Of a stretch of DNA of 32,000 nt, positions 9,430 to 19,418 are shown one piece after another. Position 1 is the stretch's first letter, and each line of letters starts with the position of its first letter. Source of the stretch: Methanothermobacter thermautotrophicus str. Delta H (lineage in GTDB: Archaea > Methanobacteriota > Methanobacteria > Methanobacteriales > Methanothermobacteraceae); assembly GCF_000008645.1 (NCBI RefSeq), contig NC_000916.1, forward strand, positions 660,001 to 692,000, in the 5' to 3' direction. The notes beneath the pieces were generated by a model. That model did not search any database. It was not told the origin of the DNA and saw only the letters and a list, made by a program, of their open reading frames with translations. The position numbers were made by a program, and so were the translations under genes.

Positions 9430-9601
9430 AACTATTACCCCACAAGTGGTTTGATATGAATTTATTATATTATTATTCTAAAGTCATATTTAAACCTTTT
9501 TTTAGCTTGCAGTATTGTCTGCAGAAAACAACAGGTTATTACATGAATAATTAACACGACTATTTAAATGCATCGCAGACACCATGGCTGTCCCCGAGGA
9601 T

Positions 9602-9681
9602 AAAAGATACAGTGATGTCGGCACCGGCATAATTGCATAACAATGCCCTCAGGATAACAAAGCATAAAAAGATACAGTGAT
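9602..9681. repeat. Pair of 15-nt direct repeats AAAAGATACAGTGAT (9602-9616 and 9667-9681)
   Basis: Read directly in the nikR/CBS intergenic region; the second copy abuts the putative TATA region. Confidence 0.75.
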
Positions 9682-9691
9682 ATATTAATTA
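9678..9691 (+). promoter_or_regulatory. Putative archaeal promoter core upstream of the CBS-domain gene
   Basis: TGATATATTAATTA located about 25-40 nt upstream of the ATG at 9716; identical 14-mer upstream of the gene at 15945. Confidence 0.5.
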
Positions 9692-9715
9692 GAAGTATGA
9701 CTTTGAGGGATTTCA

Positions 9716-10120
9716 ATGAAGGTTAAAGAAGCCATGAACCCTGAGATAATAACTGTGAGCCCCGAGACAAGGCCCCTCGAGGCCTTCGAGAAGATGTACA
9801 AACATGGAGTCAGGAGACTGTTCGTACTCGAAGATGATGGTAAACCTGTGGGTGTGGTATCCTACACTGACCTAATAGGAGTTCTTGGAACCATAAAACC
9901 CGACAGTGAACACCCTGAGAGGGACCTTAAGGTGAGGGACATCATGGTGGATGAGGTGATAACCATCTCCGCAGATGACAACATAGAGGACGCCGCCAAC
10001 CTCATGCTGAGGGCTGATATATCAGGACTCCTTGTAATGGATGATGAAAGACCTGTGGGAGTCATAACAAAAACTGACATATGCCGGCTGGTTGCAGCTG
10101 AGATACTGGTTCCCTCCTGA
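9716..10120 (+). CDS. Tandem CBS-domain protein
   Basis: MKVKEAMNPEIITVSPETRPLEAFEKMYKHGVRRLFVLEDDGKPVGVVSYTDLI ... VRDIMVDEVITISADDNIEDAANLMLRADISGLLVMDDERPVGVITKTDI. Confidence 0.93.
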   Translation: MKVKEAMNPEIITVSPETRPLEAFEKMYKHGVRRLFVLEDDGKPVGVVSYTDLIGVLGTIKPDSEHPERDLKVRDIMVDEVITISADDNIEDAANLMLRADISGLLVMDDERPVGVITKTDICRLVAAEILVPS

Positions 10121-10160
10121 TGTCCAGGAGTGAGTGACCACAAGTAACTGGAGGTCCCCA

Positions 10161-10640
10161 TTGAAGATTATAACCAGAAAGGAAAACATGGTCTACAGGG
10201 AAATCAGGTACATGCAGCTTGACCTTAACACCCCCGTATCTGAGGATATGCTCAAAAGGAACCTTGACCTGCCAGAACACGAATACCATGACACCATCAC
10301 AGCTCTTGAGAATAAGGGACTTATTTCACGGGAAAATGGCCGTATAGTGGCCGAAAACCTCGATGAAGAGGTCAGGGTGATGGAGACCCAGGAAGATGTC
10401 AGGGTCGCCGAACTCAACCAGATCGAAGAGGAGGCCCTCAGGATCCTCAGGGAAATCGGGAGTGGAGCTCCAATCCCACGCTACCTCCTTGAGGGCCACC
10501 TCCTCTACGGTCCTCTTAAACTTGGGACCAGAAGGATGTACAACATCATCCTCTCCCTTGAAAACAGGGGGCTCATTGAAAGGGTCCTCCTTGAGGATGG
10601 TGAGTACTACCGTCCAATCATGGAGAAGACTGAAAATTGA
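10161..10640 (+). CDS. Conserved archaeal protein, predicted winged-helix type, unknown function
   Basis: Helix-rich REIRYMQLDLNTPVSEDMLKRNLDLPEHEYHDTITALENKGLISRE. The start is placed at TTG 10161, immediately after GGAGGTCCCCA; the track start is 10134. Confidence 0.7.
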   Translation: MKIITRKENMVYREIRYMQLDLNTPVSEDMLKRNLDLPEHEYHDTITALENKGLISRENGRIVAENLDEEVRVMETQEDVRVAELNQIEEEALRILREIGSGAPIPRYLLEGHLLYGPLKLGTRRMYNIILSLENRGLIERVLLEDGEYYRPIMEKTEN

Positions 10641-10679
10641 TCCATGGATTTAAAGTCCCCTGCCAGGTAAAAACAGGGA

Positions 10680-12215
10680 CTAAAGCTCCAGGTCCCCGGT
10701 TACAGGGAGACCTCTGAGCCATCCGAGGTCGCTCTGGTAGAGCATCCTTATATCCTTTATATCAAATCTTATCATGGCAAGCCTCTCTATACCGAGACCA
10801 AAGGCGGCTACAGGTGTTTCAACTCCCAGAGGTTCCAGGACCTCGGGCCTGAACATCCCGGCCCCACCAAGCTCTATCCAGCTTTTTTTCTCCGGGAGAT
10901 AGATTTCACATTCGGTTGATAGGTATGTGTATGGGAAGTAGGCCGGTCTGAACCTGACCTCAAATCCAAGTTTCCTGTAGAACTCCCTCAGTATACCCAG
11001 AAGATTCCTGAAGTTAACCTCATCCCCTGCAACGATCCCCTCAACCTGATGAAACTCAGGGAGGTGCTTGTAGGTGATGGTCTCCCTCCTGAAAACACGT
11101 CCAACAGAAAACATCTTGAGGGGCGGTTCGTTCTCACTGAGGAACCTTGCAGAGACGCAGGTCGTATGGGTCCTGAGCACGCTCTGTCTTGCAACATCCC
11201 TGTCCCATTCGTACTGCCAGCCCTCTGATCCTGTTGAACCGCCGGTTTCATGTGCGTCCTGCACAGCCCTTACAAGGTCCTCACAGGGGAGATCCGTGAC
11301 GGCGGGGTTTTTAACATAGAAGGTGTCCTGCATCTCCCTTGCAGCGTGGTCCTGGGGCTGGAAGAGGCAGTCAAAGTTCCAGAAGGCAGACTCGACGATG
11401 GGGCCCCTTGATTCTGTGAATCCAAGTTTAAGGAATATTGACCTTATCTCATCGATTATGCGCCTCAGAGGGTGCATCTTTCCAGGGTAGACCAGAGGGT
11501 ACTCTGCATCAATGTTGTATCCCCTGTAGTGGAGTTTTCTCCAGGCCCCGCTCTTGAGGTGTTCATGGGTGACCTGTGTTGCCTCCTCAACTATCTCGAT
11601 TCCCCTTTCAAGGAGTTTTCTGCCCTCTGTGGTGAGTTCAATTGTATGCCTCTTAATTTTCCTTATATCAACTATTCCCTTCCGTCCCTTCAGATCCTTC
11701 AGTGCACCCCTGAGTTCATCAGGGAGTTCTCTGATCCTCACGGATCCCCTTTCAAGTAAGAGTTCCAGCAGCCTCTCATCCGCACCCCTTTCAGGTGTTT
11801 CATCGCTCACCGCTGAGACCATCCCCTGGCTTATCCTCCCCCATCCCTTCCTCATGAGCCAGCCAATACCAATACCTGCCTCTTTCTTATCAAGACCCGC
11901 TCTCCTGGAAAGTTCTGACATTTCAAGCTCTTCTTCACCTTTAAGGGCCTCTATGAGTCTGCGCTCAGGAAGTCCCTCCCTGGCACAGGACTCTCCATCC
12001 TCTGTGAGGGATACAACCTCATCCGCGTCCTTCATAACCCTCACAAATCCCCTTGATTCAAGTGCGCCTGACGCACTCATGACAGATTTTATATCAATTT
12101 TCTGGGATTCTGCTATTTCTTCAGGCTTTAATGGTTTATCTGAGCCTTCGAATGCTTTCAGAACCTTCTTCTCGTAAATGTGAAGCTGGTCAATGATCCT
12201 GTCAAGATCCATCAT
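10680..12215 (-). CDS. pheS: Phenylalanyl-tRNA synthetase alpha subunit
   Basis: Class II aaRS motifs: [90 protein letters not shown]. Confidence 0.97.
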
Positions 12216-12249
12216 AATAATTCTCCTCCAGTTTACTCAAATAAGCGTT

Positions 12250-13167
12250 TCAACCCAGTTCTGAGTAGTAATCAAGTAATCCAACCATGACAGAGGAAGC
12301 TGTGAGATCCGCGGTTGTCCCGGGGTTCCATCCCATCCGGTAGAGCTTCCTGTCAAATTTCTCAACCCTCCTGAGACCCGCTGCAGTGAGCACACCTCCC
12401 CTATCAACGATGTCTGAGGCTTCCTCTGAAACCTCCACGGCGATCTTCTCGCCATACTTCCTGGATATCAGTGTGTCGGGGAATCTTGAAAGTATGGTCA
12501 GGAATGTCTGGACCACGGCCCGGTTCATGCCATGCTTCTCCACGGTTCCCTTAAAGACCGGGAAGCCGACGTTGAATGTAACCGGCATGCTGGACGTTAA
12601 CTCCCTTGCAATGAGGTCCCAGTCAGCTGACATCTTGAGGGTGTCAAAGAGGGTGATGTTCTCATCGATTATCCTCTGCTGTGAAGCAGGGTCATTAACG
12701 TCGAGGGTGTCATGTTCACCCATTCCACCGGCCTCCGCAGTTGAAATGGCCCTGTAGAGGTTAACAGCGTCCCCTGATGTTGTCTGAAGTATAAGACGGT
12801 TTACCTGCTCCCTGAGTCCCTGGAGATCCCCGCTGTCAACCATCCCTGCGGCTGCTGAGAGGGGTGTGAGCAGCATTATGATACCAAGGTTTGTATTGGT
12901 TGAAACCCACCTCCTGGTGTCCTCAACCGCCCTGAGTATGAGCTCTCCCAGCCCGAGGGTCGAAAGGTCAAGAGTATCCCTCAGTTTCTCCCCCCTCTCT
13001 GCTGCCAGTCTCATGGTATCACCTGTGACTATCCCGCTCACGAGGAAGTCCTCGTAGACCATATCATCGAAGTCACGGGTCCTGTGGACATTGCCTGGTT
13101 TCGGGTATCCGCTGACCTCAAGGACAGAGGCCAGTTCTGCTATCCTTGAAACATGGAGGGGATCCAT
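12250..13167 (-). CDS. CitG-like (triphosphoribosyl-dephospho-CoA synthase family) protein
   Basis: VSGYPKPGNVHRTRDFDDMVYEDFLVSG, NTNLGIIMLLTPLSAAAG, LTAAGL..RVEKFD; function in a methanogen is uncertain. Confidence 0.78.
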   Translation of the reverse strand: MDPLHVSRIAELASVLEVSGYPKPGNVHRTRDFDDMVYEDFLVSGIVTGDTMRLAAERGEKLRDTLDLSTLGLGELILRAVEDTRRWVSTNTNLGIIMLLTPLSAAAGMVDSGDLQGLREQVNRLILQTTSGDAVNLYRAISTAEAGGMGEHDTLDVNDPASQQRIIDENITLFDTLKMSADWDLIARELTSSMPVTFNVGFPVFKGTVEKHGMNRAVVQTFLTILSRFPDTLISRKYGEKIAVEVSEEASDIVDRGGVLTAAGLRRVEKFDRKLYRMGWNPGTTADLTASSVMVGLLDYYSELG

Positions 13168-14148
13168 CTAGATCACCCCCAGGAGATCAGGTGCGAAGTG
13201 TGATATTATAAGATCTGCACCTGCACGTTTTATTGATAATATGGATTCATATATGGCCTCATCAGTGAGGTATCCGCTCTTTATGGCCGCCTTCAGCATT
13301 GAGTACTCGCCACTGACGTTGTATGCTGCAAGTGGCACGCTGAACCTCTCCCTGACCTTACCTATAACATCAAGGTATGCCAGGGCCGGTTTCACCATGA
13401 GTATATCAGCACCCTCCCTGAGGTCCAGTTCAGCCTCAATGAGGGCCTCGTCAATGTTGGCAGGGTCCATCTGATAGGATCTCCTGTCACCGAAGGCAGG
13501 GGCCGATGATACGGCGCCCCGGAATGGTGCATAGAATGCTGAAGCATATTTAACCGCGTAGGACATTATCAGGGTGTCCTGGAAGCCTGCATCATCAAGG
13601 CTCCTCCTTATGGCTGCCACCCTACCATCCATCATATCCGATGGGGCCACCACGTCTGCCCCGGCCTCGGCATGGGATAGGGCTATCCTTGAAAGGACCT
13701 CCAGGGTCTCATCGTTGACGATTTCGCCATCCACGACGATACCGCAGTGCCCATGGCTGGTGTACTGGCATAGGCAGACATCAGTCATGACCACAAGGTC
13801 TGTTTCCTCCTTGAGCCTCCTCACAGTCCTCTGCACAACACCGTGGGGGTCATGGGCTGCTGAGGCGAGCTCATCCTTGGCTGATGGCATTCCGAATATG
13901 AGTACGGATGATAGTCCCTCATCCTCAAGTCTGGATGCCTCGGAAACCGCATCATCCACAGAGTACCTGAACTGGCCTGGCATTGTATCTATGGCCTCCA
14001 CATCACCCCTTCCAAGTTTTTCACTCACAAACATGGGGTATATGAGATCCGATGGGTGCAGCCGTGTTTCTCTAAGGATATTCCTTATCTGTGGACTCTT
14101 ACGTAACCTTCGCATCCTTTTTGTGGGAAACTCCATATTATCACTCAC
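13168..14148 (-). CDS. hemB: Delta-aminolevulinic acid dehydratase (porphobilinogen synthase)
   Basis: [93 protein letters not shown]. Confidence 0.97.
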   Translation of the reverse strand: MSDNMEFPTKRMRRLRKSPQIRNILRETRLHPSDLIYPMFVSEKLGRGDVEAIDTMPGQFRYSVDDAVSEASRLEDEGLSSVLIFGMPSAKDELASAAHDPHGVVQRTVRRLKEETDLVVMTDVCLCQYTSHGHCGIVVDGEIVNDETLEVLSRIALSHAEAGADVVAPSDMMDGRVAAIRRSLDDAGFQDTLIMSYAVKYASAFYAPFRGAVSSAPAFGDRRSYQMDPANIDEALIEAELDLREGADILMVKPALAYLDVIGKVRERFSVPLAAYNVSGEYSMLKAAIKSGYLTDEAIYESILSIKRAGADLIISHFAPDLLGVI

Positions 14149-14272
14149 AGGTAACTGTTGGATTCATTGTGATATTTCTTATTACATCCTCAAGGGTAAA
14201 AAACATAACCATGTCCCGCGCAGAAAATAAATTCCGGGGCCCTTCATGAACACCACGGTTGATGTATGGAGA

Positions 14273-15136
14273 TCATGACTCAACATCCACAAGGACCTCA
14301 ACACGTTTTATGGCCTCATCAACAGCCTCAGGGTCCATAATTATCTTTATGGCACCTTCAGGACACCTCTCAGCGCACCTGCCGCATATGAGGCATTTTC
14401 TTGCGTCGTGCTCCAGTTCCTTCCCCACAGCTATGGCACCAGTGAAGCAGGCCTCCTCACAGCGACCGCATAGAACACAGCTGGACTCCTCCCTTTTCAG
14501 TTCCACGCCTTCCATTGGTGTTATGGAGGATGCTATGTCCTCAGAGAGGAGTGGCGTCATCTTCCAGAGACAGCAGCATTCACAGCAGCTACAGACCGAG
14601 AGGAGTTCATCATGGGGCCCTGAGTTAAGCCAGACAGAGTCTATCCTGTTCCTCCCTATTATATGGACCAGTCCTGCCTCCTGGCATCTTTCAATGTGTT
14701 CAAGTGCCTCCTCAGCAGATATGAGTCTTCCGACCTTCTCTGAGATCCTCATGGCTCCGGGGCCCAGGAAGAGGCAGCCAAGGTCATGGGGGTAGCTGCT
14801 GCAGCCCGATGAGACCCTGCATATGCAGAAGTCCATCCGGAAGATGTACCTGGACCGGAGTATCATCCTCCTCAGGACCTCCGATGGGAGGGCGACATTC
14901 TCAGGCACCTGGATGCGGTGGTTTATCTCGATGGATGAGTTCCTGGGTATGACCTGTATATCGTCCCCCTCAAAGAAGAGTCTCCTTACGAGGTTCCTGA
15001 ATATCACAGACCTTTCTGTGAGGGATGCGAGTTTAAATCGGGACCTGAATGTCCTCCTTATTATCGCAACACTTATATCTGTGAAGTCAATCACGTGAAC
15101 CACCCAGTTTTTCTGTGAGGGGATCGCCATCCCCAT
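14273..15136 (-). CDS. Cysteine-rich protein with C-terminal 2x[4Fe-4S] ferredoxin domain
   Basis: CVLCGRCEEACFTGAIAV and CLICGRCAERCPEGAIKI, plus upstream CICRVSSGCSSYPHDLGC and CSCCECCCLW. Confidence 0.88.
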   Translation of the reverse strand: MGMAIPSQKNWVVHVIDFTDISVAIIRRTFRSRFKLASLTERSVIFRNLVRRLFFEGDDIQVIPRNSSIEINHRIQVPENVALPSEVLRRMILRSRYIFRMDFCICRVSSGCSSYPHDLGCLFLGPGAMRISEKVGRLISAEEALEHIERCQEAGLVHIIGRNRIDSVWLNSGPHDELLSVCSCCECCCLWKMTPLLSEDIASSITPMEGVELKREESSCVLCGRCEEACFTGAIAVGKELEHDARKCLICGRCAERCPEGAIKIIMDPEAVDEAIKRVEVLVDVES

Positions 15137-15770
15137 GGACCCTTCCTCTGTAGTAGGACTTGCCGTGCCTGACTATAAGGGCATGGTACTCCTGGAAGAC
15201 CCTGAAATCGGGTTCAAGGGACCTTTCGAAGAGTTCCTTTATTCTGTGGTAGCTCTCATCACCGGCTATGAGTCCCAGATGGGTCAGTATCCTCCTTGTG
15301 TATGCATCAACCACGAACTCCGGTTTTCTGTAGGCATATAGCAGCACTGAATCCGCGGTTTCGGGGCCGACACCCCTTACCTTCAGGAGCTCCTTCCGGG
15401 ATGGTGTTGAGCCCTCAAGGGATATGAAGAACCCTGCCATTTCGCGGAGGTATGAGACCTTCTGTCTGTAGAAACCAGCACACCTTATGGCCGCCTCAAG
15501 TTCAGCGTCATCCAGGGAGAGTATCCTGTGGGGTTTAAGGGCGTCCATTGCCGCAAGGTTTCTGAGTGCAGATGCAGCAGAGTCCCAGGAGGTGTTCTGT
15601 GTGAGTATGGAACCTGTGATGACCTCAAAGACATCCCCATCATCTGATGGTGGGGTGTAATCGCCGGGGTGGTACCTGAGTGTCATTGTATCCCTATCAA
15701 GGAGTGGCCACCATCCCTGGGGCCCGTAGAGTTCCATGAGGAAACGGTAGATATGCCTGAGCACCTTCAT
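15087..15770 (-). CDS. Endonuclease III / HhH-GPD family DNA glycosylase homologue
   Basis: FEVITGSILTQNTSWDSAASALRNL, LLKVRGVGPETADSVLLYAYRKPEFVVDAYTRRIL. The start at MKVLRHIY (15770) is preferred over the track start 15848. Confidence 0.88.
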   Translation of the reverse strand: MKVLRHIYRFLMELYGPQGWWPLLDRDTMTLRYHPGDYTPPSDDGDVFEVITGSILTQNTSWDSAASALRNLAAMDALKPHRILSLDDAELEAAIRCAGFYRQKVSYLREMAGFFISLEGSTPSRKELLKVRGVGPETADSVLLYAYRKPEFVVDAYTRRILTHLGLIAGDESYHRIKELFERSLEPDFRVFQEYHALIVRHGKSYYRGRVHGDGDPLTEKLGGSRD

Positions 15771-15911
15771 GTTTAATAGGTAAATAAACACCACGGTTAA
15801 ACATTTAGGTCCGGCGTGAAAACCCTGATTGTAAGGAATCCACATCAACCGCCATCCTCATGATCACAGAACATAAAAAGCAGCACAATCAGTAAACCAG
15901 CAATACCCCGA

Positions 15912-15925
15912 TGATATATTAATTA
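15912..15925 (+). promoter_or_regulatory. Putative archaeal promoter core
   Basis: TGATATATTAATTA, identical to 9678-9691, upstream of the ATG at 15945. Confidence 0.5.
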
Positions 15926-15944
15926 AAAGTTACACAGTAAATCC

Positions 15945-16604
15945 ATGAGATATGAAATTTTACACAGACCAAGTTTTAGTATGGCTCACATCGAGCTTGA
16001 AAGCGGTGAAGCGATAAAGGCTGAGACCGGTGCAATGGTGAGCATGAGCTCAAACATAGAACTTCAGACAGAGACAGGGGGTCTTCTTGGGGCTTTTAAG
16101 AGATCCATTGGAGGGGAAAGCCTTTTCCTCAACACCTTCAGGGCACAGGGTAGGGGGGATGTGCAGCTCGCACCGGCCTACCCGGGTGATGTTGAGGTCC
16201 TTGAGACAACGGAGGCCATCTATGCCCAGAGCGGCGCATTCATGGCCGGACCAGAAGATGTGGAGATAGACACAAAACTGGGAGGTTTCAAGACCTTCTT
16301 TGCAAGGGAGGGATTATTCCTTCTTAAAATCCAGTCCTCAGGACCGGTGTTCCTTTCAAGTTTCGGGGCAATTTACAGCAGGGAACTTGTAAATGAGAGG
16401 TTCATAGTGGACACAGGCCACGTTGTAGCCTTCACAGAGGGTCTTGATTTCAGTGTAAGAAAGGTTGGTGGACTTAAAAGTACTTTTCTGAGTGGCGAAG
16501 GCCTGGTTGCAGAATTTGAAGGTACAGGAACCGTATACATGCAGAGCCGGAGCATTGATAGCTTCGTTGGATGGTTAACACCCATGCTCCCCTCAAGGAG
16601 TTAG
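15945..16604 (+). CDS. AIM24/TIGR00266-family protein
   Basis: [46 protein letters not shown]...SLFLNTFRA; repetitive beta-rich pattern. Confidence 0.88.
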   Translation: MRYEILHRPSFSMAHIELESGEAIKAETGAMVSMSSNIELQTETGGLLGAFKRSIGGESLFLNTFRAQGRGDVQLAPAYPGDVEVLETTEAIYAQSGAFMAGPEDVEIDTKLGGFKTFFAREGLFLLKIQSSGPVFLSSFGAIYSRELVNERFIVDTGHVVAFTEGLDFSVRKVGGLKSTFLSGEGLVAEFEGTGTVYMQSRSIDSFVGWLTPMLPSRS

Positions 16605-16626
16605 ATTGATACTGTGTGGTGATTCG

Positions 16627-17730
16627 GTGGCCGGGAACAGTACCGGTGAAATGTTCAGAGTAACGACCTTCGGATCCAGCCATGGTCCTGCAGTGGGTGC
16701 CGTTATCGACGGCTGCCCCGCAGGTCTCGAGCTGAGTGAGGATGACATACAGCAGGAACTTAACAGGAGAAGACCTGGAACCGGCGCCCTGACCACTCCA
16801 CGGGCTGAATCCGACAGGGTCGAGATACTCTCAGGTATATTCAGGGGAAGAACAGATGGCACTCCAATAGCTGGAATCGTCAGAAACCTGGACGCCGACT
16901 CAAAAAGTTACAGCAACATTAAGAATACACCAAGGCCGGGGCACGGCGACTACACCTGGAGGGCGAGGTTCAGGAACTACGACTACCGTGGCGGTGGCCG
17001 TGGAAGTGGAAGGGTTACCATTGGGCACGTAATCGGTGGGGCCGTTGCAAAGAAACTCATCGGTAATTATGGTTTGACCGTAACAGGCCACGTTGTACAG
17101 GTGGGTGATGTTAAGGCAGACACTGTAAGCCTTAAAAGGATAGGCGAGTATGCTGAGAGCAATCCTGTTCGCTGTGCAGATCCCAGGGCGGCCAGACAGA
17201 TGGAGAAGGTTATACTTGATGCCCGCAGCAGGGGAGACTCCGTTGGCGGGGTTGTTGAGGTTGTTGTCCTGGGTGCGCCCCCTGGACTCGGCGATCCGGT
17301 ATTCAGTAAACTCGATGCAGATATGGCCAGGGCCCTCATGGGTATCGGGTCTGTGAAGGGTGTTGAGATCGGGATGGGATTCGAGGTTGCAGAACACCGT
17401 GCAAGTGAGATAAACGATGAGTTCTACCTGGATGATGATGGTAAGGTGAGGACAACAACAAACACCTCTGGAGGCATACTTGGAGGAATATCAAGCGGCA
17501 TGCCAATAACTGCAAGGATAGCAGTAAAGCCCACACCATCCATATCAGTCCCCCAGAAGACCGTTGACCTTGAAAGGATGGAGGAAACAACCATTGAGGT
17601 CCGTGGAAGACATGATCCCTGCATCTGCCCCAGGGTTGTGCCTGTTGCAGAGGCTGCGGTTGCAATCGTCCTTGCCGACCATATGATAAGGGCCGGCTTC
17701 ATCCACCCCACATACATTGGAAACGAATGA
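16627..17730 (+). CDS. aroC: Chorismate synthase
   Basis: (V)[98 protein letters not shown] 16627 preferred; track start is 16606. Confidence 0.96.
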   Translation: MAGNSTGEMFRVTTFGSSHGPAVGAVIDGCPAGLELSEDDIQQELNRRRPGTGALTTPRAESDRVEILSGIFRGRTDGTPIAGIVRNLDADSKSYSNIKNTPRPGHGDYTWRARFRNYDYRGGGRGSGRVTIGHVIGGAVAKKLIGNYGLTVTGHVVQVGDVKADTVSLKRIGEYAESNPVRCADPRAARQMEKVILDARSRGDSVGGVVEVVVLGAPPGLGDPVFSKLDADMARALMGIGSVKGVEIGMGFEVAEHRASEINDEFYLDDDGKVRTTTNTSGGILGGISSGMPITARIAVKPTPSISVPQKTVDLERMEETTIEVRGRHDPCICPRVVPVAEAAVAIVLADHMIRAGFIHPTYIGNE

Positions 17731-17754
17731 AAGAATCCCTATCTGACCAGAGAG

Positions 17755-18972
17755 ATGACAGCAGAACTGCTCGAATTCCTTGAGGAGCTGAGCCGCGCCC
17801 TCATAGCCTCAGGGAATTCTGTTACAGATACCGAGAGAATCCTGTGGAGTGTCGCCGAGTCCCAGGGCGTGGAGGTTGAGGTCTCGGTCCTCCCAACCAT
17901 GATCATAATAAAGGCGGAGGGAGAGGTTTCAAGGATGGGCCTTGCAGCCCAGTCCCCCGGGATGATGCCCCTTCACCAGGTCACAGAAATATACAGACTC
18001 ACCGATGATGTGACATCCCGAAGGATGGAAGTGGGTGAGGCCCTGGGTGAGCTCAGGGGGATATTGAGGGGATCCCACAGGTTCGGGCGCTACGGGATCC
18101 TTCTGGGTTATCTTATTCTCTCAATAGGTATAGCACTGCTTATACAGCCAGACCCTGATCTTGTAATTTACTCATCATTTTTCAGCCTTATAGCAGGCTC
18201 CCTGATAGTGGTGGGTTACGGTAACAGGAGGCTCTCCCTCATCATGCCTGTACTGGCATCCTTCACGGTTTCTGGTGTTGCCTTCTTCCTGATCAATACC
18301 GGTGCCGTGAGCGGGAACCTCACACTCCTTGTACCTCCGCTGATATACTTTATCCCCGGTGTAACCCTAACCACCGGCATCTATGAACTTGCAAGTGGTG
18401 AACTGGTTTCAGGGTCAAGCAGGGTGATATACGGGTGCATGGTTCTTCTCCTCCTCCTGTTTGGTGTCCTGATGGGTATGCAGCTTAACAGGTTTCCGCA
18501 GGAGGAATTTGCAGCCATAAAAATATCAGCCATGAGCTACAGCCCGTATCTGGGGGCATTCATATTTGCCGTTGGTATATATCTCTTCCTCTCTGTCTAC
18601 CGGAGTGATTTTCCATGGATACTTCTTGTGCTCTACAGTGCACTCATGGGACAGCAGCTGGGAAATGTAGCTGGAGGAGGACTCCTCGGGGCATTTCTGG
18701 GGGCCCTGTCAATGACACTGGTTGCCAGGGGCATTGAGCTTGCAGGTAAGACTCCGCACTTCGTCACCCTCTACCCGGCCTTCTGGTTCCTTGCTCCGGG
18801 GTCCCTGGGTTTCATAGGACTCGCAAATCTTCTGGGGAGGAACTATCTGACATCCGTGGCTGAGATAACACTCTTCGCAATGACTGTGGTTGCAATAGCC
18901 CTTGGACTGCTTGTTGGCGCACTGCTCACGGAACCATTCAGTGATAAAATAAGAGCCCCGGGCGGGGATTGA
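17755..18972 (+). CDS. ThrE-family (threonine/serine exporter-like) membrane protein
   Basis: N-terminal ALIASGNSVTDTERILWSVAESQGVEVEVSVLPTMIII followed by about 10 TM segments. C-terminal codons run into the antisense tRNA gene. Confidence 0.82.
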   Translation: MTAELLEFLEELSRALIASGNSVTDTERILWSVAESQGVEVEVSVLPTMIIIKAEGEVSRMGLAAQSPGMMPLHQVTEIYRLTDDVTSRRMEVGEALGELRGILRGSHRFGRYGILLGYLILSIGIALLIQPDPDLVIYSSFFSLIAGSLIVVGYGNRRLSLIMPVLASFTVSGVAFFLINTGAVSGNLTLLVPPLIYFIPGVTLTTGIYELASGELVSGSSRVIYGCMVLLLLLFGVLMGMQLNRFPQEEFAAIKISAMSYSPYLGAFIFAVGIYLFLSVYRSDFPWILLVLYSALMGQQLGNVAGGGLLGAFLGALSMTLVARGIELAGKTPHFVTLYPAFWFLAPGSLGFIGLANLLGRNYLTSVAEITLFAMTVVAIALGLLVGALLTEPFSDKIRAPGGD

Positions 18973-19026
18973 ACCCGCGACCTCGGGATTACGAATCCCG
19001 CGCTCTCCCACCTAAGCTACCGAGGC
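18954..19026 (-). tRNA. tRNA-Thr (anticodon CGU), CCA not encoded
   Basis: Reverse complement GCCTCGGTAGCTTAGGTGGGAGAGCGCGGGATTCGTAATCCCGAGGTCGCGGGTTCAATCCCCGCCCGGGGCT: 7-bp acceptor stem, 5-bp anticodon stem CGGGA/TCCCG with loop TTCGTAA, 5-bp T stem GCGGG/CCCGC, discriminator U. Confidence 0.95.
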
Positions 19027-19418
19027 CTGAAGTAATTTTTTATGACTTATTGAAACTGGATCCTTAAATAATTAATGGTCCGCATGTATGATCCTGAACC
19101 CTGCCTTGATGTTCGAAAACTCCCATCTGGTCCCTGTTCCAAGGTTTATATGTGTTCTGAAACCCTATCATGATCGAAACCTATGTTAAATGGGAATTTT
19201 GGAAGATGTTCATCTCTGACCAGGTAATCGTCATCGTTAACGTTTCATGGCTTTTTTATCGGGTCTGTTTATTGAGGAGTCCTTTTTAAATTTCTGTCCC
19301 TGGGTTTCCACTCTTCCCTCAGGTAAATACTTTGCAGAGCCGTAATATGTATGAGTTTTTTGTATAATTCAAAACCTGGAGGTTTTTTGAAGGAAGCATG
19401 TGTGGATGAAGAGAGCCT

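Noticed and set aside
11554-12177. 207-aa + strand ORF
   Set aside because: Antisense to the strongly supported pheS; Ser/Leu/Pro-rich composition typical of an antisense reading.
13574-14230. 218-aa + strand ORF
   Set aside because: Antisense to hemB; low-complexity Ser-rich translation with no recognisable motif.
14259-14795. 178-aa + strand ORF
   Set aside because: Antisense to the ferredoxin-like gene; Ser/His-rich artefact.
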